Source: Octopus sinensis
Lineage: Eukaryota
DNA: 64,000 nucleotides
Assembly (NCBI RefSeq): GCF_006345805.1
Contig: NC_042999.1
Span: forward strand, 74,958,001 to 75,022,000
Reading direction: 5' to 3'
Below the pieces are notes generated by a model. The model was not told the DNA's origin. It did no database searches and saw only the letters and a list, made by a program, of their open reading frames with translations. Below, in pieces: positions 50,908 to 63,211 of the stretch (position 1 is its first letter; each line of letters opens with the position of its first letter). The position numbers were made by a program, and so were the translations under genes.

Positions 50908-53900
50908 GGGTTTCGAATTTTGCCACAAGGGCAGCAATTTGGGAGGAGAGGATGAGTCGATTACATCAAACCCCTCTCCAGTGTTCAACTGGTACTAATT
51001 TTATCAACCCCGAAGGGATGAAAGGCAAAGTCAACCTCAGTGGAACGCACGCACACACACACTTACACACATACATAAACAAATATGTATGTAAACATTT
51101 ATGCACATACAACACACAAACACTATAGACTGCATCAAAAAAAGAAAAAAATTAAATTAATGAAACAATATTTCCCCACTTGATTGTTGAGCAATCATCA
51201 ATGTAATGTTTCTGGTTAAAGCTACTTTTCAGAACATTTCTAACATAATAGAAATTGTCCAAAGTGTTCTTCTTTTTCAAGAAGTGATTTACCTGACATA
51301 TCATGCTGGTTGACTTATTGCATAGAATTTCCTTCATTTGTTTGAATATTTAAGTGTTTTCTCCATTTGTGGTTGAGATAATTAAATTTAAATACCACAT
51401 TAATGCTTTCATCATTATTGCAACTATAAATTTGAAGTTACAGTGAGAAGAAAAGAATCCTACCCAGGATTTTTTATGAACGGAGATAACACTGAAGGCT
51501 AAATTTCAGTCTTGTTTTTCATTTTGTTAACTCTAAGAAACTAGGATGTTTGTAAACATGATCAATTTATCATTAGCCAAATTTGACTTTAAAATCTTTA
51601 TAAGTAAAAAACAATATGTGATATATTTATTTAATGTTTTGTTAATTGTTTAGTAATACAGAAAGTAAGATTTGTTGAAATATCCCCTGTTGCAGTTATG
51701 TCCCTAACTATATACGTTTGTAATTTTAATGTATTTTAGAATATAGAAATATCAGAAATAGAAGAAATAGTGCTTTCCATCAATTTCTTTTGCTATTAAA
51801 TCTTTTCTTTTTATTTATTTATATTAAAGGAATCATGAAATCATATTTGAAGCTATCCAAGGAAATGGTTTTGACAGTGATATTGCCCTTGATGATGTCA
51901 CCTTATCAGAAAATAGCTGTTCAAGTAAGGGCAAAATATACCATAACATATTATAACATATCAGCAATTAGCTTTAGTAATTATGTTTAGGTGAGCATGT
52001 ACGCTTACATGCATATCTACTGCCTGTGTGTGAAAGAGAGGGAAGGAGTGTGTGTGTAAAATGTGTGTGTGTGTGTGTACATGTACACAAGTTTACTCCA
52101 TTCCAATTAGATTTATATTTTTGATGTCAACATTCACCTTACTCAGTAACAGTATAAGAAGAATAATGAAATGAAATGAAAGCTTGAACAATGTTCTCAT
52201 CAACTTCCTCTCTCTATGTTTTCAAATATAAAATTTCATAGATTATTTTACTGACATATATTGTATCCTACACACTGGTTTGTAAGTGTTTGGAAATTAT
52301 GGCTTGTTTCAAGATATCTTTCCTGAGTTTGCTGGATCGATGCCAGACATACGTACACCATACAGTATTCTATACAAGCCAATGAGAGAGCCACTATGTG
52401 GTCACTGGACTAACTACAAACAGCAACCAAATCTCTTTCAAATCACATTCTCCTGTCTAGAGAAAAAATGGTCATACTGGATAATGTGGTGCTATGTATT
52501 CCTAAATAATATGAGATGGTCATAGTTGGAATGTTTTTGGTCATAGATCTGCTTGATTCAGGCTGGCTTGGGGACTAAACAACAACAGCACCATAGAGTA
52601 AGATGCATATATGAAATGTTGCATGCACTACACATCTGCATGTTCTGTACCAAAGCTTGAAACTGGGAAATTTAGTGTTGTCAATGCAAGAACAGAAATC
52701 ATTTACTTAAATAAACAAATTTAGTCAATATGTATTACAATTGAATATACCAAACATTCAGTAATTTGCTCTGATTATTGTTGCATGAATCAGAGTTATA
52801 TTACCTCTTCACTAGTAATTAGTTTTTTTCTTGATATATGCATATGAGAAATAACATTTTGCTCACTGTTTTGCTTTGGTTAAAGGTGTATTTGTGGTCC
52901 TCTGAAAATATGCAGTGATAACTCCAGTATGAAATGAACAAAGTGTTTGATAGACTCAAACAACTTTGAAATTCTAGATTTGTATTATATCGTTTAGAGA
53001 TAAACTCAAAGTGGTTCCCAGCACTTTGAGGCAACACTCAAACCTTTAGCCATTAACTCTGTACAAAACAAATAAAAGCAGCCAGCAGTGAACTGCAAAT
53101 TCATTTAACTGCCCACTGTGTCCAGTGTCATTATAGTATGTCTCTGGTAACTGGATGAATTAACCAACCTTACAATCCTTTGGCTATAATTGTTTAAGAA
53201 AGGAACTATTTTTGTAAAATAGTGTGAAAAAATGTGCTTTAGAATATGAGTTATAGATTTGTTGAACACTTACTTGGAAATAATTAAATTCTTTAATCAA
53301 TTATTTTGCATTAACAGATCACTGGAATGCAAGTTGTGATTTTGAGAGTGGCACTTGTGGTTATGATATTGAAAACATGAATGATATACGCAGAGGTTGG
53401 AGACTTAGCCCAAATAATACAAATGGAATTTCTTCTCGTTCTGGTAATTGTTTTTGTTTATTTTATTATTGTTTCAAGTAAAATGATTTAAAATATTGAC
53501 ATTTCAAATAATATTAAAGGTAAAAAGGCATTTTATTTCTGTAACTACAAGTAACTTTTGGCTTCACCTAGCAGTGCAACATTGTAAGTATATAAGTTGT
53601 AAGTATTACAAGCACAGCACATATGTATGCCTCAGTCAAAACCCATCAGTTCATTGAGTGGGCCATATTTGTTATATGTGTGATGGGTATCTGCTGAAAA
53701 TAAGCATTATAATGAAATGACACTCATACCTGACAAGTATAATCACATGAGAACTCTACAAATGCTGTATTTATTCCATCTATCTGCAACCAGAGTTCAA
53801 ATGCTAAGAAGATCAACTTTATCTTTCATTCATTTGCAATCAGTTATGTTCCAGTTCAGTTCTGAGGTCACCTTCTCTCTCTCTCTCTTTCTCCCCCTCA

Positions 53901-56900
53901 CTCACTTTCTCTCTACTTATCACAGGTTTGTATCTGTTATTGAAAGATGTTGCCTTGTCACATCTCTCACTCTGGTTCAGTCTGAACATTGTATTAAGGG
54001 TAGACATGTTAGTGGAATACTCAACTGGTTACACATTTATACATTCAGCTCAATTGTCAAAAAGTCACCATTTTCTATGAGCAATAACTCCATAACTTCA
54101 GCTTTAAACAAGATATATGGGGAAACTGTAATTTTAGAAAACAATAATTTGATACTGGAAATGAAGATCACTAGAAGTTTTATATCAAATATATTACAAC
54201 ACATACACTTCAGTGTGATATTAAAACAATCCATCTACATCAGTTAGCTAAAGTCCTTAATCATTTTCTTTAAATATGATGAGAGCAACTGCTATAGACT
54301 TGATCACCGTGGTAAATAAAACTGAAGCATAACAATCCATCTTCTTTAAAAGATTTGAAATTCATTTTTCTAATCAAAAGACTGCAATAGAATTTTATTT
54401 AATATTTGTAATGACTAATCTCCCTATAAATAACAATAGATAATTTGTACAGCTACTACATATCTTGGATGTAATAGAACTTTTAATGCTCCCATGGACA
54501 GAATTTGTACTTTCATTTCTTCCCATCTGCTGTTAACATGTTGAGCACTTTCATAACTGTTGGTAGTTGTACTCATAGAATGGAATTTTATGGGCCATAA
54601 ATGTAGATATTGTCATGCTGTGAGTTATCTAACCTGAAAGCTGGCTTTGACAGTTAAGGTTAGAAAAGACGAGCAGCTCCCTATATTTCTATAATAATTA
54701 AAACTAATAGAGAGAGGAAACCTATTTTATACTCCCAATTTAATTAAGCTTATCTGAAATATTATCTTAATTTATATATTCATTTTATTTTATCATGATC
54801 AACAACCTGTCTTCACCTGATCTTAATTCACTAACTTTTAGTCTCATTCCAACCAACTTTTTTTTAAGTTCAGTAATCTAAAGACTTAGCAAAATGCCTG
54901 TAAAACTTCCTTTTTGTATTCTTCTTGTCCCATTACCATGAGCACAATACCACATGTAAATACACCTCCTGTCATTCCGAATCAATAAAATCACTGCCCT
55001 GCCAATGTCTCTTTCATCATTCTCAAACAGTACATTCTAAATTCATCTCTTAATCTCCTTAAAAATTTTTTAGATCTTTCACTCTCTCTAAACAGGAATC
55101 TGTCTTGATCTTTGGAAACATACTACAGTGACTCTCATGTCCAAGATATATAATCTCTCTGATCTTGTGAAGTAATAGCTTTTTACTCTAACTTCCAACA
55201 TTTCAAGAATTTGAACACATTTGTTAATAACCAGCTTCTCCAACATCAGTACAGCTTACATAATTCTATAGTTAACTATCTCTTTGATGTCATTTACTCT
55301 TGGGAAACTTAATGAAAACAATGTCATTACATTTGACATCAACAAGACATTTGAATGTCTGGTATGGAAATCTGGCTAAAATATCCAAATAAGGCTCTCT
55401 TCTCTCGGATTAGAAGACTCTTCTCAGACAATTTTCTTTCTCATTTACTCTCTTCTCTCTTGTATAATATACTCTTCTCAAACTATTCAGCTTTCTGCAA
55501 ATCACAGATGATCATTCCTAACACTAACACATCACAAACATAACACAAACTGTATCCCAAAGACTAGACATTCTCTTTAGAAACAAAAAATTACTCAGTT
55601 CTGAACATCTCAACAAAGCTCAAATAAGACCCACAATGTTAAATATCTACCATACATGGAAGGCACTACTGTTACACACAATTATTCAATCAATGACATT
55701 CAGTTGAAAGATGCAGTTTTTTCACTCTAGCTTTTCTGCCACTACTATAAAAGTCTCTGCTCTTCAAAACTAGCATGTTATTTATGAACTCAACTTACAT
55801 CCATGCATCTTATTCCTTCTCTCAACACTCAGTAATGAGAGAACAGATGAATGTATCTTACTTCTCTGACTGCACCGACCACTTTGCCCAGTTCTGCCTC
55901 CCTACCAAAATTATATGATACATTCGTACATTGTTATTTTTACATTTATCATAAAATAAAATTTATCTTAGTTTTAAACAATCAAAATAAATATAAAGAA
56001 TCCTTTAGCTAAAGTGTTTTTCTTTTTTGAGGCCTATATGAGGTCATCTTTAATGAAATGATAAAAAATTCATGATTATGAATGTTTAAGCTGCTTGATT
56101 TCTATACTATAAATTCCATTGCAATTATTATGTTATATTCTTGCACTGAATAGTATATTTTTTTTTAAAGGAAAATATTACATCACAGTCAGAAATGAGA
56201 ATTAACTCAGAACTCAGTATCCTCCCTAATTTATTCAAGCAAAAAGTCAAATATTTAAATATATATATATATATATATATATGAATAATTGGCTTAAATA
56301 AATAAAATGCAATTGGTATTATTTGATGATATTTCTCTTTTATTTATATTATATCCATATTATTAAAAAAACAACATCCTTCTTTTTGCACCATCCTTTC
56401 AACAAATAACTCCTGATGATTTCTTTAACAAATGCTCACCCATATAAACAGTTTGGAAAATTGTCATCAGATGGAGTATATATACCCATCCTCATCCATT
56501 GTTTCACATCGTCAGTGCAATGCTGCCACAAGCTCCCATGCTTATACTTACCAAAAGTATTATGAAGCAGGCAAATATATTCAGAGTATGTTAATTTCTG
56601 CTTATGTATAGTACTTAATGAGCTGAAAGAATTGCCTTCTTGGTTCAGGATATATGCTTCAGTCTTGTGGGTCTCCACGATATCCACAACATATGGCACT
56701 TGTTCTGCAACTTGAAGAGGGTACTTTTCATCATTGCTCAGTATTTAACAGACATGTCTCACCTTTCTTCACAGCCACTAACAAGAACAATGTCTTTACT
56801 ACACGCATCAACTACTACATGAATATGAAACAGGCCGAAAATTAGTAACAGCAATCGTATAGCATCCAGGGCTACTTAGTGTGATGATGGTAGAGATCGT

Positions 56901-59900
56901 CATCCATAAGAACTTGCTCTGCAAGGTGGAATGATCCTTTCAGCACAACTCCCTTGCCATTTTTTATGATAATGCATTTGCCATTTGGTCTATAAGGACT
57001 TACTGTAATATATTTCTCTAAACCATAAAAGTGTAATGGAGAGATACAATTGAATTAAATCAATGCCAGGAGATGAAAAACTAAGTATGCTATGATATCA
57101 TTTGAATTTGGAACATAATAAAATACTGCAGAATATTCAACTCTGTTAATTAGAAGTGAATGAGGGGAATCTAATTAGTTGAGCATTGGCCAGATAATAG
57201 TTAAACTTATGTTATTATAGATATTTTTCTAACTTATAAAAAAAATTTTTGTCTACTTAAATATTACTCAATTTATAATTTATTTGAATCTTAGCAAATA
57301 ACATACATTAGCATTAAATATTAAAGGAAATAATCAAAACCTCTTTGACTGTTTTACAGCTAACTACCTGCTATTTACTTCACGTTACAATTCAGAGATA
57401 AGACACTCTATAAAGTCACCTATGATTGATATTCCAAATGAAAGGATGAAACTTGAATTTCTCTATTATATGCCTGGGACTAAAGCTCAAGAACTACAAG
57501 TAAGATTTGTGGAAGATGAACTTAAACCATGGTTTTATAAAACACCATATTTCTGGCAAGATTCTGGAGACCATGGAACTGAGTGGCAATATGGTTGCAT
57601 GGATTTACCAAGTACACGTGGAAGAATTGTATTCACTGGTATTGCTGAAAATAGCTATTCAACCTTGGGTCTTGATGATTTAGTTATTGATAAAGGCAAC
57701 TGTCGAAGTAAGTAGAATTGTTTTACTCTCTTTGCAAGTGTTGAATGGGTTTTTTGGCTTTGCTTTCTTAAAGTGTTTTAATTCTGTTTCATCTCTTTTA
57801 TGAGAAACTTTATTTCTTATATTTTAATTAAATTAGATTACTTTTAGTTTTGTTTTTTAATCTTCATCTACTTTCACAGTTGGAAAGTCTTTGATTACAG
57901 ATCTGGTCATTTTATATTAAAACTGTTCTGTAATTTGAAAAAGTATAAAATATTAGTTGAATAAACGCAGAAAACTATGTGCATGTTATCTTTTCACCGT
58001 TTTTCTGATGGAAGCAGAATGTCAACTACCTTCCCTTTTACTATGTAAGTGTTACATAACAACACAAGATTATATATATCATAGGTATTGTGAATTGACA
58101 GAAACTTAATCTAATCATATAAGTATTTACTAGCATCTGTCAAGTGTTTGTAGAGAATGAATACATGATTAAGTTTATAATCTTTTGTACATTTCCCACT
58201 ACGTCCATGTGTTAGTATCATGTGACAGAATATTTTGCACCTAAACATGTTCACTCAACTGTGTCAGCCTTCTTTTTGGCTTTGTTAAATAAAGATTATG
58301 ACATTCTTGCATTTTCCGTGGTTATTAGTAATGCAAGTGAACTAAAATAACTATAAAAGCTATATCCAAAATCAGGATGCAGTTCTAGCTCATGAATAGT
58401 AGATTAAACAAAGAATATATTGAGTAAAACAAAAAACAAACCAACCAAAAATGATGAGATAAATGAGATGTCTCATATAAAAGGCAGCATTTCAATATTT
58501 ATTAAATATTTAAAAGTAGTGATGGTGGAGTGGCAGCAGCAGCAGTGATGGTGATTGTAGTTGTCTGCAAATATTTAATATGTACAGATAGATTTCCTAT
58601 CCAATTTCACTTAAATTGATGTTTCTGTTGCTTAGCTCTTAGTTAGGCTTAGCCAATTAGACTTATGATTAAGATGTTCAAGTGCCAGCAATTCCAATGT
58701 TTATTAAGACATAGTGTATGCAGAACACCATTATTCAAAATGTCTATTTTTGAAGATCAATAGTGTACTATTCTGGCAGGATGAGCAACCAAGTAGAGGA
58801 TCTCTCATTAGTTCACAATTGTTCTCTCTGATGTTGATTTTGTCTTTATCCTTTCAGTATCATTAAAATAAGTGCCAGTCAGATACTGGAGTCGATCTAA
58901 TAAATAGTCCTAGCTCCAGAATTTGTTGCCTTCTCCCTAAATTAAAAACTTTAGTTTTGTTATTTGAACAACTAACACCTTCATTTCATTTTGAGAACAT
59001 GTATCTCTTTAACATCACAATTGTCATATGTACCATTTATTTGTTTGGGGCTCTTTGATATAAATACATGATACTGTTTTTTCAAACACACAGCAAGAAA
59101 ATTTTAAGGAAGGAACTGTAATGTTTTTGAAAAATATTGCACATTGTTTCCTTATCATCATCGTTGTTACTGTTTTCATTGTCATCATGGCTGTTGTTGT
59201 TGGCAGCGGTGGTGGCAGCAGCGGCAGCAGTGATGGCAGTGGGATCATCATCATCATCGTCATCATCATCATCATCGTCATCATCATCATCATTATCATC
59301 ATCATCATCATCATCATCATTTAACATCTAATTTTTTCTACTGGCATAGGTTGGATGGTTTGACAGGAGCTGGTAAGTCAGAAGACAGTGCCAAGCTCTG
59401 TCTAATTTAACATGGCCTCTGTTGCTGGATGTCTCTGTTGCTGAATATATGGGGTGCATTTTATGTGGTACCAACAGCAGTGAGGTCACCAAATAACTTA
59501 TAAGACAAAACCCTACAAATGAGAGGAGAATAGTATCGAAGGAGGTGGCTTTGTGCCAGGAGATGAAAGTATGAACAAGAGGACAGAAATAGGTGTCTTG
59601 CAGTCAAGGAGATACATGGCTACATCAGTAGAACCAGCAGGAGAGAGATAGAGGAAAAAGTAGATGGTGCAGGTGTAATGCAGGGTGGGGTTGAACTCTC
59701 AAGTTACTAGAAGGTAAAGTGAAACTTAGGTTTACTGACATGCATATACACTGAACTCCAAAAGAAACACAAGACGTGAAATATGTTTTAATTTCATTAT
59801 GTCAGAGATAAATTTTGATAAATCTGATAAAGTCACTTTCTTGGATGTACTTTGAACACAGTCTAAGGGTCGTTGTCATGTGTTCTTGTAATGGGTGGAT

Positions 59901-62900
59901 CCAGCACATTGAGATTGTAGGGCGTCACATGTTCATTACTATGTATGCCCTCCCTGGCTGTTCAAAATGGCCATATACCATTAATCAGCAAACAGGGAAT
60001 CTCAATTTTGCAGCAGGTAATACTGGAAATGGATACTTTGTGTGAATATTTCTTGATGAGTATTCAACAAGCCAAGCCTAATAGAGTGTTTAAGTATTCT
60101 GGCTTGCTTAGCTATACAGAGCATACAGTGCCCACTCCTGTTGATGTAGAGATCTGGCAGTTCTAAGATCTTCCACTTGATATTATATGGGGTACCTTGA
60201 TCTTTGAGGTGACACACATGGCTAGAGATGTGAGGAAGTATCTTTCTGTGACCCTGAAGGATGACTGGTGGTTGTACAAGCATCCCTTCAAAGCTGCACT
60301 GGTTGATCTTATGTATTTACAGGCTTAGGTGTTGGCTGTGTTCACATTACCGGTGCATCTCTGGTTGGCTCTGGCCTTGGGGATGTTGTTGTCATTGGAT
60401 GGGCCAGCATGGTTTTCAGGCCCTAGGAAACACTTAAGAGTCCTCTCCAACTTGTGTCATCTTATATATCATTATTTTAAACAATATAGAATATGTTGTA
60501 TAATTTTCCTACTTAAAATTGTCTGAGTTACATTATATAATTGAAACACAACAGTAGCTTGAAACACAACTGAAGAAACTACAATTAAAAATCTACTTTC
60601 AGTTCTCTATTAATTTTATTCATATTTCATATGTGTGATCTTGTTCTTATGTTAGAAATCCATTTTACAAGAGTCATGTTTTTCTCTGCATCATTCATCC
60701 CCTCATCAACTCACCATACATTATCCTCAGAAAAGATAATTTTAAAGAAATTTACATGGAGAAATGAAATAAAGAAAAACAATCAATTTACTTATTTTAT
60801 TCATTGAATTCATATATGCAATTTAAAGAAAAATAAGTTTTTTGGTCAAACTTTATTTTTCCTCACAAACCACTGGAAAAAACTAACCATGACCACTCTC
60901 AAATACCACATTAGGCTGTGTGATCAAACGAAAAATGATAAAGATGTAGAGACTGGAAGAAGAAAGAGAAATGTAATGCAATTAGAAACCAATTTACTAA
61001 AATTTTTTGTTTGTAAAACAGTTAATTTTTCTGTTTCCCTATTTCAAATTATTGAATGTACTCATTTTATCATTAAGATGGGTAAGCTATTTTATGAAAA
61101 TCTTCAGTCAATAAAACAGTCAATATTTGTTGTTATAAGCAACTGTGAAATTAGAAAAAGAAGGTATGGAAATATTCCTAGTCATGAATAAAAATAATTC
61201 ATTAAAATTTATCCTTTATGGTTTTGAGTATGTATGAGGAAGATTTAGTGAAGATAGTGCATGGAAATGTTATGTTAATATTGTGGACAAAATAATTTAA
61301 AAAAAAATTCTTTGTCATTCCTCGTTTGCTGCAAATGATACTAACATATGCAATTCATCATCATCACCATCGTCATTGTTTAATGTCTGCTTTCCATGCT
61401 GGCATGGGTTGGACGGTTTGGCTGAGGACAGTCAAGCCAATAGGCTGCACCAGGCTCCAATCTGATCTGATGAGGTTTCTACAGCTGGATGCCGTTCCTA
61501 ACACCAACCCCTCCGAGAGTGCAATGGGTACTTTTTACATGCCACTGGCATGGGAGCCAGTCAGCAGGCACTAGCATCGACCACATTCGGATGGTGTATT
61601 TTACATGCCACCAGCATGGGAGCCAGTCAGGGGGCATTGGCATTGACTATGTTTGCATGGCGCTTTTTATGTTCCACTGGCACAGGAGCCAGTCAGGTGG
61701 CACTAGTATTAACCCATGTCTGAATAGTGCTAATTACATGCCACCAGCACAGGTGCCAGTCAGGTGGCACTAGCCAATACATGTATTTAAAAATAGGAAA
61801 GTTTCATATAGTTACTCTAGCTGCAGGACAAGTAGCTGAGCACTCCACAGATGTGTACTCTGCATGACACAGAATGTGACAAGGCTAGCCCTTTCAACTA
61901 CAGGTACAACTCATTTTTGCCAGCTGGATGAACTGGAGCAATGTAAAATAAAGTGTCTCACTCAAGAATACAATGCACCACCAAGAAAATTGAACTCATG
62001 ACTTTATTTCATGAGCCAATTACCCTAACCATTAAGTCACAGACCTTCTACCTACTAGAAACAGCTGCCAATTCTCCTGAAAATCATTTAGAAAGACTAT
62101 CTCTATGATATAAATGTAGCCTTGACTTAGAACATTGTTTTTAGAAAAGTTATTTATGGAAAAGTCAATTCAAGTTATTTTGTATAATATGGAATAAAAT
62201 ATGTTGTAGAATGTGAAATAAATTATCTTTAAGATAAAAGTTTCAGTTATATAATATTTAAAAAAATTACTTTGCAAAGACAAATGAAATTTCAATAATT
62301 CCAGTTAAACAGTATCTAATGTAGCATCTATTTTTATGAAAATGAAAATAAAGGTAAAGTTAATGAGTTGCAAATTCTGGAAATTGTAGTCGATCAACAT
62401 CAATGGAAATTGTAGCTGTGATACTAGTACTGGTGGCACGTAAGAGAACCATCCGAACGTGGCCATTGCCAGCGCTGCCCCGACTGGCTTCTGTGCCAGT
62501 GGCACGTAAAAAGCACCATCCAATCGTGGCCGTTTGCCAGCCTCGTCTGGCACCTGTGCAGGTGGCACGTAAAGAGCACCCACTACACTCACGGAGTGGT
62601 TGGCATTAGAAAGGGCATCCAGCTGTAGAAACACTGCCAGATCAGACTGGGCCTGGCGCAGCCTTCTGGCTTCCCAGACCCCAGTTGAACCGTCCAACCC
62701 ATGCTAGCATGGAAAATGGACGTTAAACGATGATGATGATGATGATGATATAGTAAATATAGGTGCAGGAGTGGCTGTGTGGTAAGTAGCTTGTTCTCGG
62801 TTCAGTCCCACTGCATGGCACCTTGGGCAAGTATCTTCTACTATAGCCTTAGGCTGACAAAAACCTTGTGAGAGAATTTGATATACGGAAACTGAAAGAA

Positions 62901-63178
62901 GCCCGTCATACATATATATATATATATATGTGTTTCTTTATTGCCCACAAGGGGCTAAACATAGAGGGGACAAACAAGGACAGACAAACGGATTAAGTCG
63001 ATTACATCGACCCCAGTGCGTAACTGGTACTTAATTTATCGACCCCGAAAGGATGAAAGGCAAAGTCGACCTTGGCGGAATTTGAACTCAGAATGCAACA
63101 ACAGACGCAATACCGCTAAGCATTTCGCCCGGTGTGCTAATGTTTCTGCCAGCTCGCCGCCTTATATATATACATATG

Positions 63179-63211
<33 letters not shown>

